DNA of 64,000 nucleotides, taken from positions 96,500 through 160,499 of the forward strand of contig JBPOGH010000011.1 in NCBI GenBank assembly GCA_051252135.1. Reading direction: 5' to 3'. Positions 41,189 through 50,623 of this stretch are shown one piece after another (the first letter of the stretch is position 1; every line of letters starts with the position of its first letter). A program made the position numbers and the translations under genes. The DNA is from Verrucomicrobiaceae bacterium (GTDB lineage: Bacteria > Verrucomicrobiota > Verrucomicrobiia > Verrucomicrobiales > Akkermansiaceae). The notes under the pieces are model-generated. The model did not search any database and had not been told where the DNA came from. It saw only the letters and a list, made by a program, of their open reading frames with translations.

Positions 41189-42115
41189 TTCCCCACCCTC
41201 TTCGCAGAACACGGCCTCTCCCTCGACCGCCTCCGCTCCTTCCTCGAGGTAGTCGACGCCGGAGGCATCGCCGCCGCCACCGGAAACGATCCCAACCGCC
41301 AAAGCCTCTACAGCCGCCAGATCAAAGAACTCGAAACCTTCTTCGGCGCCTCCCTCACCAGGCGCAAAGGCCGCCGCCTCGAAATCACCCCCGATGGCGA
41401 ACGCCTCGCACGCCTCATCCGCTCCACTTTCACCGATCTCGCCGACTTCCGGGCCGACTCCCAAAACGAAGCCCGCCGCGCCATCATCGCCGGAGGGGCC
41501 AGCGTCATCGAGTGGCTCCTCTCCCCCGCCCTCACCGCCTGCCGAGAAGCCCTCGGCAACCCCATCCTCGAAACCCGCTCCCTCCGCAGCATCGATTCCT
41601 GCCGCGCCCTCGACGATGGCGCGATCGACTTCGCCATCCTCCGGCGCGAAGCCGTCCCCCCCTCCCTCCTAACCCTCGATATCGGCACCCTCAGCTACGC
41701 TCTCTACCTCCCAAAAAATCTCGCTCCCTCCCGCGCCCCCAAAACCACCGCCCAGTGGAGCAAACTCCTCACCACCCTCCCCCAGGTCCGCCTCGTCCAA
41801 GGCAGCCGCCTCCGCCGCTCCGTCGACGAAGCCCACCAGGCCCTCCTCATCCGCCCCCACATCATCGCCGAGACCACCTCCATCCTCCAGCTCGCCGCCA
41901 TCGTCAAAGCCGGCCACGCCGCCGCCATCCTCCCCCGCACCGCCTCCTCCGTCCTCCCAAGGGAAACCTTCAAGCAACTCCCCCTCACCAACTTCCTCAC
42001 CTATCAGCGCCACCTCGTCCTCGCCTACTCCCCCTCCCACACCACCCGCCGCGCCTGGACCACCAAACACCTCAATCTCCTCCAATCCACTTTCACCCAA
42101 CAACTCGCAACTTAA
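41183..42115 (+). CDS. Divergent LysR-family transcriptional regulator
   Basis: LDRLRSFLEVVDAGGIAAA..QSLYSRQIKELE.FFG..L.RR.GR.LE.TPDGERL; substrate-binding region LDDGAIDFAI, VKAGHAAAILP. Confidence 0.88.
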   Translation: MSFPTLFAEHGLSLDRLRSFLEVVDAGGIAAATGNDPNRQSLYSRQIKELETFFGASLTRRKGRRLEITPDGERLARLIRSTFTDLADFRADSQNEARRAIIAGGASVIEWLLSPALTACREALGNPILETRSLRSIDSCRALDDGAIDFAILRREAVPPSLLTLDIGTLSYALYLPKNLAPSRAPKTTAQWSKLLTTLPQVRLVQGSRLRRSVDEAHQALLIRPHIIAETTSILQLAAIVKAGHAAAILPRTASSVLPRETFKQLPLTNFLTYQRHLVLAYSPSHTTRRAWTTKHLNLLQSTFTQQLAT

Positions 42116-42248
42116 TCTCATAAACTCTGCTTCACCCAAAGGAATCTCCCCATCCTATTCGAACGTCCCATATGATCCGAAATTGTTTCACACTGGGGAC
42201 TTTATATCATCTGATCCAACGCAAAGAGAAAATCTCCCATCCACCACC

Positions 42249-43778
42249 TTGAGCACAATCAACACACCTCCAGAGGAGACCCTCTCCATTTCCCGACTGG
42301 AACAATACCTCTCCAAGGCCGCATGGATCCTCAAGGGGCCCATTGGTGCCTCTGACTTCAAGGCCTACATCTTCCCCATGCTCTTTTTCAAGCGCATCTC
42401 GGATGTATACGATGAGGAATACCAAACCGCACTCGAGGAATCTGATGGCGATGAAGATTACGCCTCCCTCCCCGAGTTCCACCGCTTCGTCATCCCCGAT
42501 GGCTCACACTGGGAGGATGTCCGCTCCACCACCTCAAATATCGGCCTGAAGATCGAAGCCTGCCTCCGCGAGATCGAGTCAGCCAACCAGGACCACCTCT
42601 ACGGCATCTTCGGTGATGCCCAATGGTCGAACAAAGAAAAGCTCCCCGATCGACTCCTCACCGATCTCATCGAGCACTTCTCTCAGTACACCCTCTCCAC
42701 CGCCCTCGTCGCCCGGGACATGCTCGGGCAGGCCTACGAATACCTCATCAAGCACTTCGCTGATCTGACCAACAAGAAGGCCGGGGAATTCTACACCCCA
42801 CGCACCGTCGTCCACCTCATGGGTCTCATCATCGATCCGCACGAGAGAGAATCCATCTATGACCCCGCTTGCGGAACCGGCGGCATGCTCATCGAGTCCA
42901 TCGATCACCTCAAGGCCGCTGGCGAGGACTTCCGCACCCTCCGCCTCCACGGTCAGGAAAAGAATCTCACCTCATCCTCAATCGCCCGCATGAACATGTT
43001 TCTGCATGGCGTGGAAGACTTTCAAGTAGCCCGGGGCGACACCCTCCGCTCCCCGGCCTTCTTCGATGCCGATGGCCTCCAAACATTCGACTGCGTCATC
43101 GCCAATCCCCCCTTCTCTCTCAAGGAATGGGGCGCTGACTTCTGGGCAAACGATCCCCACGGCCGCAACATCGCCGGTGTCCCGCCAAAAGGAAACGGAG
43201 ATATGGCCTGGGTCCAGCACATGATCAAGTCCATGAAGCCCAAGACCGGGCGCATGGCCGTCGTCCTCCCTCACGGAGCTCTCTTCCGAAAGGGCGCGGA
43301 AGGAAAAATTAGAAAAGCCCTCCTCGAGATGGATCTCCTCGAATCCGTCATCGGCCTCGGTCCCAATATCTTCTACGGCACCCAGCTCGCCGCCTGCATC
43401 ATGATCTTCCGGGCTTCCAAGCCCAAGAAACGGCAAAAGAAAGTCCTCTTCATTGACGCCTCCGATCAAATCCGCACTGGTCGCGCCCAGAACTTCCTCG
43501 AAAAGGAACACATCGACCGCATCTTCACCTGGTATCAAAAAGGCAAAGACGTCGAAAACCATGTCAAACTCGCCTCCATGAGCGAGATCGCCGAGAACGA
43601 TCACAACCTGAACATCCCTCTCTACGTCGAGAAAGTCATCGAAGATGACCTGCCATCTGTCGAGGAAGCTCTTTCCGATCTGAAATCCGCATGGACCGAT
43701 TGCCAGCAGGCTGAAGAACACCTCAAAACCAAACTCCGTGAATTCGGAGTTATTTTCCCAAAATCCGGAAAAAACTGA
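42249..43778 (+). CDS. hsdM: Type I R-M methyltransferase subunit M1 (NPPF)
   Basis: LFFKRISD, GEFYTPR, YDPACGTGG, ANPPF, PHGALFR. Start may be TTG 42249 or 42183. Confidence 0.93.
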   Translation: MSTINTPPEETLSISRLEQYLSKAAWILKGPIGASDFKAYIFPMLFFKRISDVYDEEYQTALEESDGDEDYASLPEFHRFVIPDGSHWEDVRSTTSNIGLKIEACLREIESANQDHLYGIFGDAQWSNKEKLPDRLLTDLIEHFSQYTLSTALVARDMLGQAYEYLIKHFADLTNKKAGEFYTPRTVVHLMGLIIDPHERESIYDPACGTGGMLIESIDHLKAAGEDFRTLRLHGQEKNLTSSSIARMNMFLHGVEDFQVARGDTLRSPAFFDADGLQTFDCVIANPPFSLKEWGADFWANDPHGRNIAGVPPKGNGDMAWVQHMIKSMKPKTGRMAVVLPHGALFRKGAEGKIRKALLEMDLLESVIGLGPNIFYGTQLAACIMIFRASKPKKRQKKVLFIDASDQIRTGRAQNFLEKEHIDRIFTWYQKGKDVENHVKLASMSEIAENDHNLNIPLYVEKVIEDDLPSVEEALSDLKSAWTDCQQAEEHLKTKLREFGVIFPKSGKN

Positions 43779-43800
43779 TCTCCAGGGACTAATTAAAACC

Positions 43801-44547
43801 ATGGACACTAAAAACCTGATCCGCATTGATGACTTGGATACTCCCGTTTATCGCATTATGCCCCTCCACCGTCTCGAAGAGCTTTTCACCAACAATGAGT
43901 TGGTTTTAGTAAGACCGAAGCTTTGGGAAGACCCATTTGAGAACTTCTTTCTTAAATCGACGTTTTTAACTTCAGACGGAGCTGAAGTGACCGCCGAAAA
44001 AGTAGAAAACTCTTGGTATGGGCAATGTTGGACCACAAATTCCGACACCGACGCCATGTGGCGGATTTATAGCCAAGACAAACAATCCCTGCGAGTTAAG
44101 ACCACGATTCGCAAATTGGCTGACGCAATGTGGAATGAAAACGACAATTTTGCCCCTCTCAAATATCACATCGGAGCTGTAGACTATAAGCCCGTTGCTG
44201 AAATAGATGAATTCAGGAAAACTACCGGATTTATGGAAGGCACTGGCGGGAGTGGAACAAGTCGCCTAGCAAACACCCTTTTAATCAAGCGCAAAGAATT
44301 TGAACATGAGTCCGAAATAAGACTCCTTTACTGCGACACAGCCGACGATTCCCACGCAAAGAAGACAAACATCCATTCTATTGCAGTCGACCCTCATTCA
44401 CTGATTGATGAAGTGTGCATCGACCCTCGAGTAGACGATCCGATCGATATCGATGCCATCACAAAGAAAGTTCAGCGCCTTGGCTACAAAGGAACTGTCA
44501 TTCAATCAGACCTCTATCAATTTGAACCAGCCAGAGTCCCCTCTTAG
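43801..44547 (+). CDS. DUF2971-family protein (ART-like fold suspected)
   Basis: VYR, WEDPFE, QCWT..DAMWRIYS, VDY, KRKEFEHESEIR; AT-richer than the flanking genes. Confidence 0.78.
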   Translation: MDTKNLIRIDDLDTPVYRIMPLHRLEELFTNNELVLVRPKLWEDPFENFFLKSTFLTSDGAEVTAEKVENSWYGQCWTTNSDTDAMWRIYSQDKQSLRVKTTIRKLADAMWNENDNFAPLKYHIGAVDYKPVAEIDEFRKTTGFMEGTGGSGTSRLANTLLIKRKEFEHESEIRLLYCDTADDSHAKKTNIHSIAVDPHSLIDEVCIDPRVDDPIDIDAITKKVQRLGYKGTVIQSDLYQFEPARVPS

Positions 44548-44553
44548 CCTCCC

Positions 44554-46020
44554 ATGAACCAACAGACTCTCGAAAAATACCTCTGGGGCGCGGCGACCTA
44601 CCTCCGCGGCCACATTGATGCCGGGGACTACAAACAGTTCATCTTCCCACTGCTCTTCTTCAAGCGCATCTGCGACGTCTACGACGAGGAGTTCGCCGAA
44701 GCCCTTGCCGAGAGCGATGGCGACAAGGACTACGCTCGCAGTCCGGAGTTCCACCGCTTCAACGTCCCGAAGAAACACCACTGGACCACCGTCCGCGAAA
44801 CCACCACCAATGTCGGCCTCGCCATCCAGGAGGCCATGAGCGCCATCGAGAAGGCCAATCCCGACACGCTCGCCGGGATCTTCGGCGACGCCTCGTGGAC
44901 GAACAAGGATCGGCTCTCCGACGAGACCCTCGTCAACCTGCTTGAGCACTTCTCCGCCCACACCCTCTCCATCGCCAACGTCCCCGACGACCAGCTTGGC
45001 AACGCCTATGAATACCTCATCAAGCAGTTCGCCGACGACAGCGGCCACACCGCCGCCGAGTTCTACACCAACCGCACCGTCGTCCGCCTCATGACCCTCA
45101 TCATGGACCCGCAGCCCGGCGAGAGCGTCTACGATCCCACCTGCGGCTCCGGCGGCCTGCTCCTCAACTGCGCCCTCCAGCTCAAGGACGCCGGCCGGGA
45201 ATACCGCACCCTCAAGCTCTACGGCCAGGAGATCAATCTCATCACCTCCGCCATTGCCCGCATGAACATGTTCATGCACGGCATCGAGGAATTCCAGATC
45301 GTGCGCGGCGACACCCTCAGCGAGCCCAAGCTGCTGGAAAACGACACCCTCAAAACCTTCAACGTCATCCTCGCCAATCCGCCCTACTCGATCAAAGCCT
45401 GGGACCGCACCGCCTTCGAGAACGATCCCTGGGGACGCAACCTCTGGGGCACCCCGCCGCAAGGCTGTGCCGACTACGCCTTCCAGCAGCACATCCAGAA
45501 AAGCCTCGATTCGAAAAACGGGCGATCCATCTCCCTCTGGCCGCACGGCATCCTCTTTCGGGATTCAGAAGCCGACATGCGCCGCAAAATGATTGAAAAC
45601 GATGTTGTCGAATGCGTCATCGGTCTTGGCCCCAACCTCTTTTACAATTCGTCGATGGTCTCCTGCTTGTTGGTGACAAATAACAACAAGCCCGCTGCCA
45701 GAAAAAACAAGGTGCTTATCATTCAGGCGGTGGAGGAGGTGCGAAAAGAAAAGACGATGAGCTATCTCGATGAGGAGCATATCGAAAAGGTTCACAGCGC
45801 ATACCGCAATTTTGAGGAGATCGACGGCTTTTCAACGGTCGTCGAAACCAAAACCATTCTTGCCGATAACCACGCGCGTCTCTCCGTCGATCTCCATGTC
45901 GATCCCGAAGCCTCTGAGGATCATCCTTCTGTGGTCGAGGCAGTGGCGGATTGGAAGGAGAGCTCGCACCAACTGCAAACCTCCATTGAAACACTCTTCG
46001 AAAACCTCGGAACCAAATGA
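44554..46020 (+). CDS. hsdM: Type I R-M methyltransferase subunit M2 (NPPY)
   Basis: LFFKRICD, AEFYTNR, YDPTCGSGG, ANPPY, PHGILFR. Confidence 0.93.
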   Translation: MNQQTLEKYLWGAATYLRGHIDAGDYKQFIFPLLFFKRICDVYDEEFAEALAESDGDKDYARSPEFHRFNVPKKHHWTTVRETTTNVGLAIQEAMSAIEKANPDTLAGIFGDASWTNKDRLSDETLVNLLEHFSAHTLSIANVPDDQLGNAYEYLIKQFADDSGHTAAEFYTNRTVVRLMTLIMDPQPGESVYDPTCGSGGLLLNCALQLKDAGREYRTLKLYGQEINLITSAIARMNMFMHGIEEFQIVRGDTLSEPKLLENDTLKTFNVILANPPYSIKAWDRTAFENDPWGRNLWGTPPQGCADYAFQQHIQKSLDSKNGRSISLWPHGILFRDSEADMRRKMIENDVVECVIGLGPNLFYNSSMVSCLLVTNNNKPAARKNKVLIIQAVEEVRKEKTMSYLDEEHIEKVHSAYRNFEEIDGFSTVVETKTILADNHARLSVDLHVDPEASEDHPSVVEAVADWKESSHQLQTSIETLFENLGTK

Positions 46021-47258
46021 GTAATCCTGCACCAAACGATCTATATCTCGACAAGTCTCAGTGGGTGCTAACTCGACTGGGAGATCTTGCGTCCGATGTG
46101 AATGACCGTGTCGCTAATCCCGCAGAGAGCGAACACGATCGATTTGTGGGACTGGAGCATTTTGTTTCAGGACACCTGAAAATCAAAGATTGGAAGCCGA
46201 CAGATGGTCTCGTATCGGCAGCAAAAGCGTTCAAATCGGGCGATGTTCTCTTTGCTCGACGGAACGCATATCTAAAGAGAGCTTCAATGGTTAATTTCGA
46301 CGGTGTGTGCTCTGGCGATGCCTTTGTTCTCCGCGAGGATCACGATAAAGTCGTTCCCGGCTACCTTGCGTTTGTCATGAACTCCAAATCGCTGTGGAGA
46401 CATGCTATCTCGAACGCTGCTGGGACCATGTCCAAACGAGTGAAGTGGCGCGACCTCGCCAGCTACGAATTCCTCCTCCCGCCAAAAGACCAGCAAGCCA
46501 AACTGGCAGAGCTCCTCTGGGTGACTGATGAAGCCATAGAGGCTCACAGGAATCTGCATACCAAGAGCGAACAATTTAAGGCGAGCAGAACGCGGGATCT
46601 TTTAACCGCATCTGAGGGAGAGCAAACCACCCAGTGCAAACTTGGACTAATTCCTGAGGATTGGGAATGTGTGAGTCTGCAGGAACTCATCGACTCAGGA
46701 GCGATCGTTTCGCATTTGGATGGCAATCATGGGGCCGACTACCCGAGAAATGAGGAATTTGTGAGTTCTGGCATCCCGTATATTTCTGCGAACAGCATCG
46801 AAAGCGGAACGGTCGATTTCGGCAAAGCCAAGTATTTGACAATCGAACGAGCGGCCAGAATCCGAAAAGGCGTCGCGCAAGATGGAGATGTTCTTTTAGC
46901 CCACAACGCTACCGTTGGGCCGACGTGTGAGCTGAAAACCGCTGAGAAAAAGGTAATTCTCGGAACATCACTCACTTACTATCGAGTTGATGCAGAGAAG
47001 CTCAGTTCAGCCTATCTCCTTAGCTATATGAAAAGTCGTTTTTTTCAGAAGCAACTTGAGCAGGTAATGAGCCAATCGACGCGAAATCAGGTTCCAATTA
47101 CTACACAGCGAAAACTCTTGTTCCTCATCCCACCCAGGTCACAGCAAGATCTCGTCGCGGAGACCGTCGAAAATTTATCGGAGCCGATTAAGTCCGCACA
47201 AAATGCCGCAGGCGCAAGCCAGCAACTTCTGAAATCCCTAATCAACCAAATCTTCTAA
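46017..47258 (+). CDS. hsdS: Type I R-M specificity subunit
   Basis: Two TRD + conserved-region units (GDVLFAR..LLPPKDQQAKLA; IPEDWE..GDVLLA..IPPRSQQ); ATGA overlap with M2. Confidence 0.92.
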   Translation: MSNPAPNDLYLDKSQWVLTRLGDLASDVNDRVANPAESEHDRFVGLEHFVSGHLKIKDWKPTDGLVSAAKAFKSGDVLFARRNAYLKRASMVNFDGVCSGDAFVLREDHDKVVPGYLAFVMNSKSLWRHAISNAAGTMSKRVKWRDLASYEFLLPPKDQQAKLAELLWVTDEAIEAHRNLHTKSEQFKASRTRDLLTASEGEQTTQCKLGLIPEDWECVSLQELIDSGAIVSHLDGNHGADYPRNEEFVSSGIPYISANSIESGTVDFGKAKYLTIERAARIRKGVAQDGDVLLAHNATVGPTCELKTAEKKVILGTSLTYYRVDAEKLSSAYLLSYMKSRFFQKQLEQVMSQSTRNQVPITTQRKLLFLIPPRSQQDLVAETVENLSEPIKSAQNAAGASQQLLKSLINQIF

Positions 47259-47328
47259 CCGACTCAACCCTGTCACCTCGCCAACCCAACCCTCTTGAAT
47301 CAACCTGTCTGCCCCCAATCACCCGCCC

Positions 47329-50316
47329 ATGTCCTTCAACGAACTCAACAGCGTCGAGCACTACATCATCCAGAAGCTCAGCGGCGTGAATCTGAATGCC
47401 GCCGACTCGACGTCCCCGGTCGTGAAGGAAGCCGCCGCGGTCTACGGATCGTTCCCGTGGAAATACCGCTCCGCCGAAGAACTGAACCGGCCGACCGACC
47501 AAGTCCTGCTGGAAGGCGAATTGCGCGAGGCCTTGATCCGCCTCAATCCCGAGATCGCCGCCAACCCCGCCCACGCCGACGAGGTCATCTACAAGCTCCG
47601 CGCCATCTTCATCGCCGCCCACCAGACCGGCCTCGTCCGGGCCAACGAGGAATTCTACGCCTGGATCAGCGGAGACAAGACCATGCCCTTCGGCGAGAAC
47701 AACCGCCACGTGCCGGTGCGCCTGATCGATTTCGACCAGATCAACAACAACCGCTACGTCATCACCAACCAGTATGCCGTCAAGGCGCTGGAAACCAAGA
47801 TCCCGGACATCGTCCTGCTCATCAACGGCATCCCCATCGTCGTCGGCGAGGCTAAGACCCCAATACGCCCCTCGGTGAGCTGGCTCGATGGCGCCCACGA
47901 GGTGCACAACATCTACGAGAACAGCATCCCCCAGCTCTTCGTGCCGAACCTGCTCTCCTTCGCCACCGAGGGGAAGGAACTCTACTACGGCTCGGTGCGC
48001 TGCCCGCTCGAGTTCTGGTCGCCCTGGCGACTGGAGAGCGAGGCCGACGTCCTCGTCCAGAAACTCGGCCTCGGCGAAGTCGGCAAGCAACTCACCGACC
48101 TCATGCAGCCGCAGCGCCTGCTCGACCTGTTGCAGAATTTTTCCCTCTACACCTCCGACAAGAAGAAGCGCCGCATCAAGATCATCTGCCGCTACCAGCA
48201 ATACGACGGCGCCAACAAGATCGTCGACCGCGTCCGCGAAGGCCGCCTTAAGAAAGGGCTCATCTGGCATTTCCAGGGCTCCGGCAAATCGCTGCTCATG
48301 GTCTTCGCCGCCCAGAAGCTGCGCAAGACCCCCGAGCTGAAGAGCCCCACCGTGCTCATCCTCGTCGACCGCACCGACCTAGACACCCAGATCACCGGCA
48401 CCTTCAACGCCGCCGATGTCGCCAACGTCGTCACCACCGACAGCATCAAGGAACTCCATGATCTGCTGGAGAAGGGCACCCGCAAGATCATCATCACCAC
48501 CATCCACAAGTTCCGCGATGCCTACCCGGACATGAACACCCGGGACAATATCATCTGCATGGTGGACGAAGCCCACCGCACCCAGGAAGGCGACCTCGGC
48601 CGCCAGATGCGTGCGGCCCTGCCCAACGCCTTCCTCTTCGGCCTCACCGGCACCCCGGTCAACAAGGCCGACAAGAACACCTTCTGGGCCTTCGGCTCCG
48701 AGGAAGATGAAGGCGGCTACATGTCCCGCTATTCCTTCCAGGACTCCATCCGCGATCGGGCGACCCTACCGCTCCACTTCGAGCCCCGCCTCGTCGACAT
48801 CCACGTCGACAGTGACAGCATCGACGAAGCCTTCAAGCAGCTCACCGAATCCGCCTCCCTCAGCGACGAGGAAGCCGACGCCCTCAGCAAGAAGGCCGCC
48901 AAGATGTCCGCCTTCCTCAAATCTCCCGAGCGCGTCCAGACCATCGTGGAAGACATTGCCAAGCACTTCCAGGAGAAGGTCGATCCCCACGGCTTCAAGG
49001 CCATGATCGTGACCCCGGATCGCCACGCCTGCGTCCAATACAAAGACCTCCTCAATCCCCTCCTCGGCGAAGACGCCAGTGCCGTCGTCATTTCCACGAC
49101 CGCGAACGATGACTACGACTTCAAGCAGAAGTATGCCATGGACAAGGGGCAGCAAGAAAAGCTCCTCGAACGCTTCAATGCGAAAGAAGACCCTCTCAAT
49201 ATCCTTATCGTCACCGCCAAGCTACTCACCGGCTTCGATGCGCCCATCCTGCAGACGATGTATCTCGATAAGTCGCTCAAGGATCACACCCTCCTTCAAG
49301 CGATCTGTCGCACCAACCGCCTATTCCCGGAAAAGACCTTCGGCCGCATCGTCGACTACTTCGGTATCTTCGATGATGCCGCCGAAGCCCTGCAGTTCGA
49401 CGAGGAAAGCGTCAAGCAGGTCATCTCCAACCTGAAGGAACTCGAAGTGAAACTCCCCGAGGCCATGGCCGACTGCCTCGCCCATTTCCCCGGCGTCGAT
49501 CGCTCCGTCGACGGCTTCGAGGGCCTGGAAGCAGCCCAAAACTGCATCGACACCGACGAAAAGCGTGACGCCTTCGCCAAAGACTACGTCTTCCTCGCCA
49601 AGCTTTGGGAATCCCTCAGCCCCGCCGACATCCTCAACGCCTACCAAGCCGACTATCGCTGGCTCACCGGCGTCTATCAGTCCGTCAAACCCAGCAGCGA
49701 TAACATCGGCAAGCTCCTCTGGCACACTCTCGGAGCCAAAACTTCCGAGTTAATCCATAAAAATATCCACGTCGACGGAATCATCGACGAAATGAAGGAG
49801 TATGTCCTCGATGCAGAAGTCATCGATGAAATCGCCGGAAGCGGAGACCCCAAAAAGGCCAAGAAACTTGAAAAAGCCATCGCCAAACGGCTTAGAAAAC
49901 ACGGAGACAACCCTCGCTTCAAAGACCTCAGTGAACGGCTCGAGCAACTCCGCGACAAAGCCGAGCAAGGCCTCATCGCCAGCATCGAATTCGTTAAGGA
50001 ACTCTGCAAGATCGCTAGGGAAACCGTCGAAGCCGAAAAGGACGTTCTCGACGAACAAGAGCAAAAGGGAGCAAGAGCAGCCCTCACCGAACTCTTCCTA
50101 ACCCTCAAAACCGACCAGACCCCCGCCGTCGTCGAACGGATCGTCAACGACATCGACGAAATAGTAAAAATCGTCCGCTTCGACGGCTGGCAAGACTCAG
50201 GGGCTGGCCAGAAGGAAGTTCAAAAGGCCCTCAGGAAGTCACTCCTCAAATACAAGCTCCACAAGGATCAGGAGCTCTTCGACAGAGCCTACGGCTATAT
50301 CAAGGAATACTACTAA
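47329..50316 (+). CDS. hsdR: Type I R-M restriction subunit
   Basis: PDIVLLINGIPIVVGEAK nuclease, WHFQGSGKS, DEAHR, GLTGTP, LLTGFDAP, QAICRTNR. Confidence 0.95.
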   Translation: MSFNELNSVEHYIIQKLSGVNLNAADSTSPVVKEAAAVYGSFPWKYRSAEELNRPTDQVLLEGELREALIRLNPEIAANPAHADEVIYKLRAIFIAAHQTGLVRANEEFYAWISGDKTMPFGENNRHVPVRLIDFDQINNNRYVITNQYAVKALETKIPDIVLLINGIPIVVGEAKTPIRPSVSWLDGAHEVHNIYENSIPQLFVPNLLSFATEGKELYYGSVRCPLEFWSPWRLESEADVLVQKLGLGEVGKQLTDLMQPQRLLDLLQNFSLYTSDKKKRRIKIICRYQQYDGANKIVDRVREGRLKKGLIWHFQGSGKSLLMVFAAQKLRKTPELKSPTVLILVDRTDLDTQITGTFNAADVANVVTTDSIKELHDLLEKGTRKIIITTIHKFRDAYPDMNTRDNIICMVDEAHRTQEGDLGRQMRAALPNAFLFGLTGTPVNKADKNTFWAFGSEEDEGGYMSRYSFQDSIRDRATLPLHFEPRLVDIHVDSDSIDEAFKQLTESASLSDEEADALSKKAAKMSAFLKSPERVQTIVEDIAKHFQEKVDPHGFKAMIVTPDRHACVQYKDLLNPLLGEDASAVVISTTANDDYDFKQKYAMDKGQQEKLLERFNAKEDPLNILIVTAKLLTGFDAPILQTMYLDKSLKDHTLLQAICRTNRLFPEKTFGRIVDYFGIFDDAAEALQFDEESVKQVISNLKELEVKLPEAMADCLAHFPGVDRSVDGFEGLEAAQNCIDTDEKRDAFAKDYVFLAKLWESLSPADILNAYQADYRWLTGVYQSVKPSSDNIGKLLWHTLGAKTSELIHKNIHVDGIIDEMKEYVLDAEVIDEIAGSGDPKKAKKLEKAIAKRLRKHGDNPRFKDLSERLEQLRDKAEQGLIASIEFVKELCKIARETVEAEKDVLDEQEQKGARAALTELFLTLKTDQTPAVVERIVNDIDEIVKIVRFDGWQDSGAGQKEVQKALRKSLLKYKLHKDQELFDRAYGYIKEYY

Positions 50317-50395
50317 GCCTCATGGCCTTAGGGCGAAGAATCAGTCCAAAACCTCGATTCCACCATCCTCAGCTTCCGCATTCACTAGCGGACAC

Positions 50396-50423
50396 AAAAA
50401 AGCACCGCCTCATCCAGCGGTGC
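50396..50423 (-). terminator. Intrinsic terminator of tRNA-Lys
   Basis: The - strand reads GCACCGC-TGGATGAG-GCGGTGC-TTTTTT, just after the tRNA 3' end. Confidence 0.8.
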
Positions 50424-50437
50424 CCAAAAGAAAAAAG

Positions 50438-50510
50438 TACGCAGACTGGGACTCGAACCCAGGACCAATTGGTTAAAAGCCAACTGCTCTACCAACTGAG
50501 CTATCTGCGC
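50438..50510 (-). tRNA. tRNA-Lys (anticodon UUU), CCA not encoded
   Basis: GCGCAGA TAGCTCAGTTGGTAGAGC A GTTGG CTTTTAA CCAAT TGGTC CTGGG TTCGAGT CCCAG TCTGCGT A; cloverleaf with a G1-U72 pair. Confidence 0.95.
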
Positions 50511-50623
50511 GTAAGGTAGAAAGGTTGCCCGCGTAGCGCGGACGGCGGACTGTTATGGTGCTGGCCTGTTTTTGACAAGCATTTCTTACCCCTTTTTTCC
50601 AAAGTTTTCCCCCCTTCCGCTCT

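Noticed and set aside
42190..42202. ACTGGGGACT resembling the tRNA-Lys T-arm (possible att remnant)
   Set aside because: Too short and gapped to differ from chance; no integrase present.
42249..46020. Second hsdM as a duplicate or pseudogene
   Set aside because: Both ORFs are full length and clearly divergent, with intact but different catalytic motifs.
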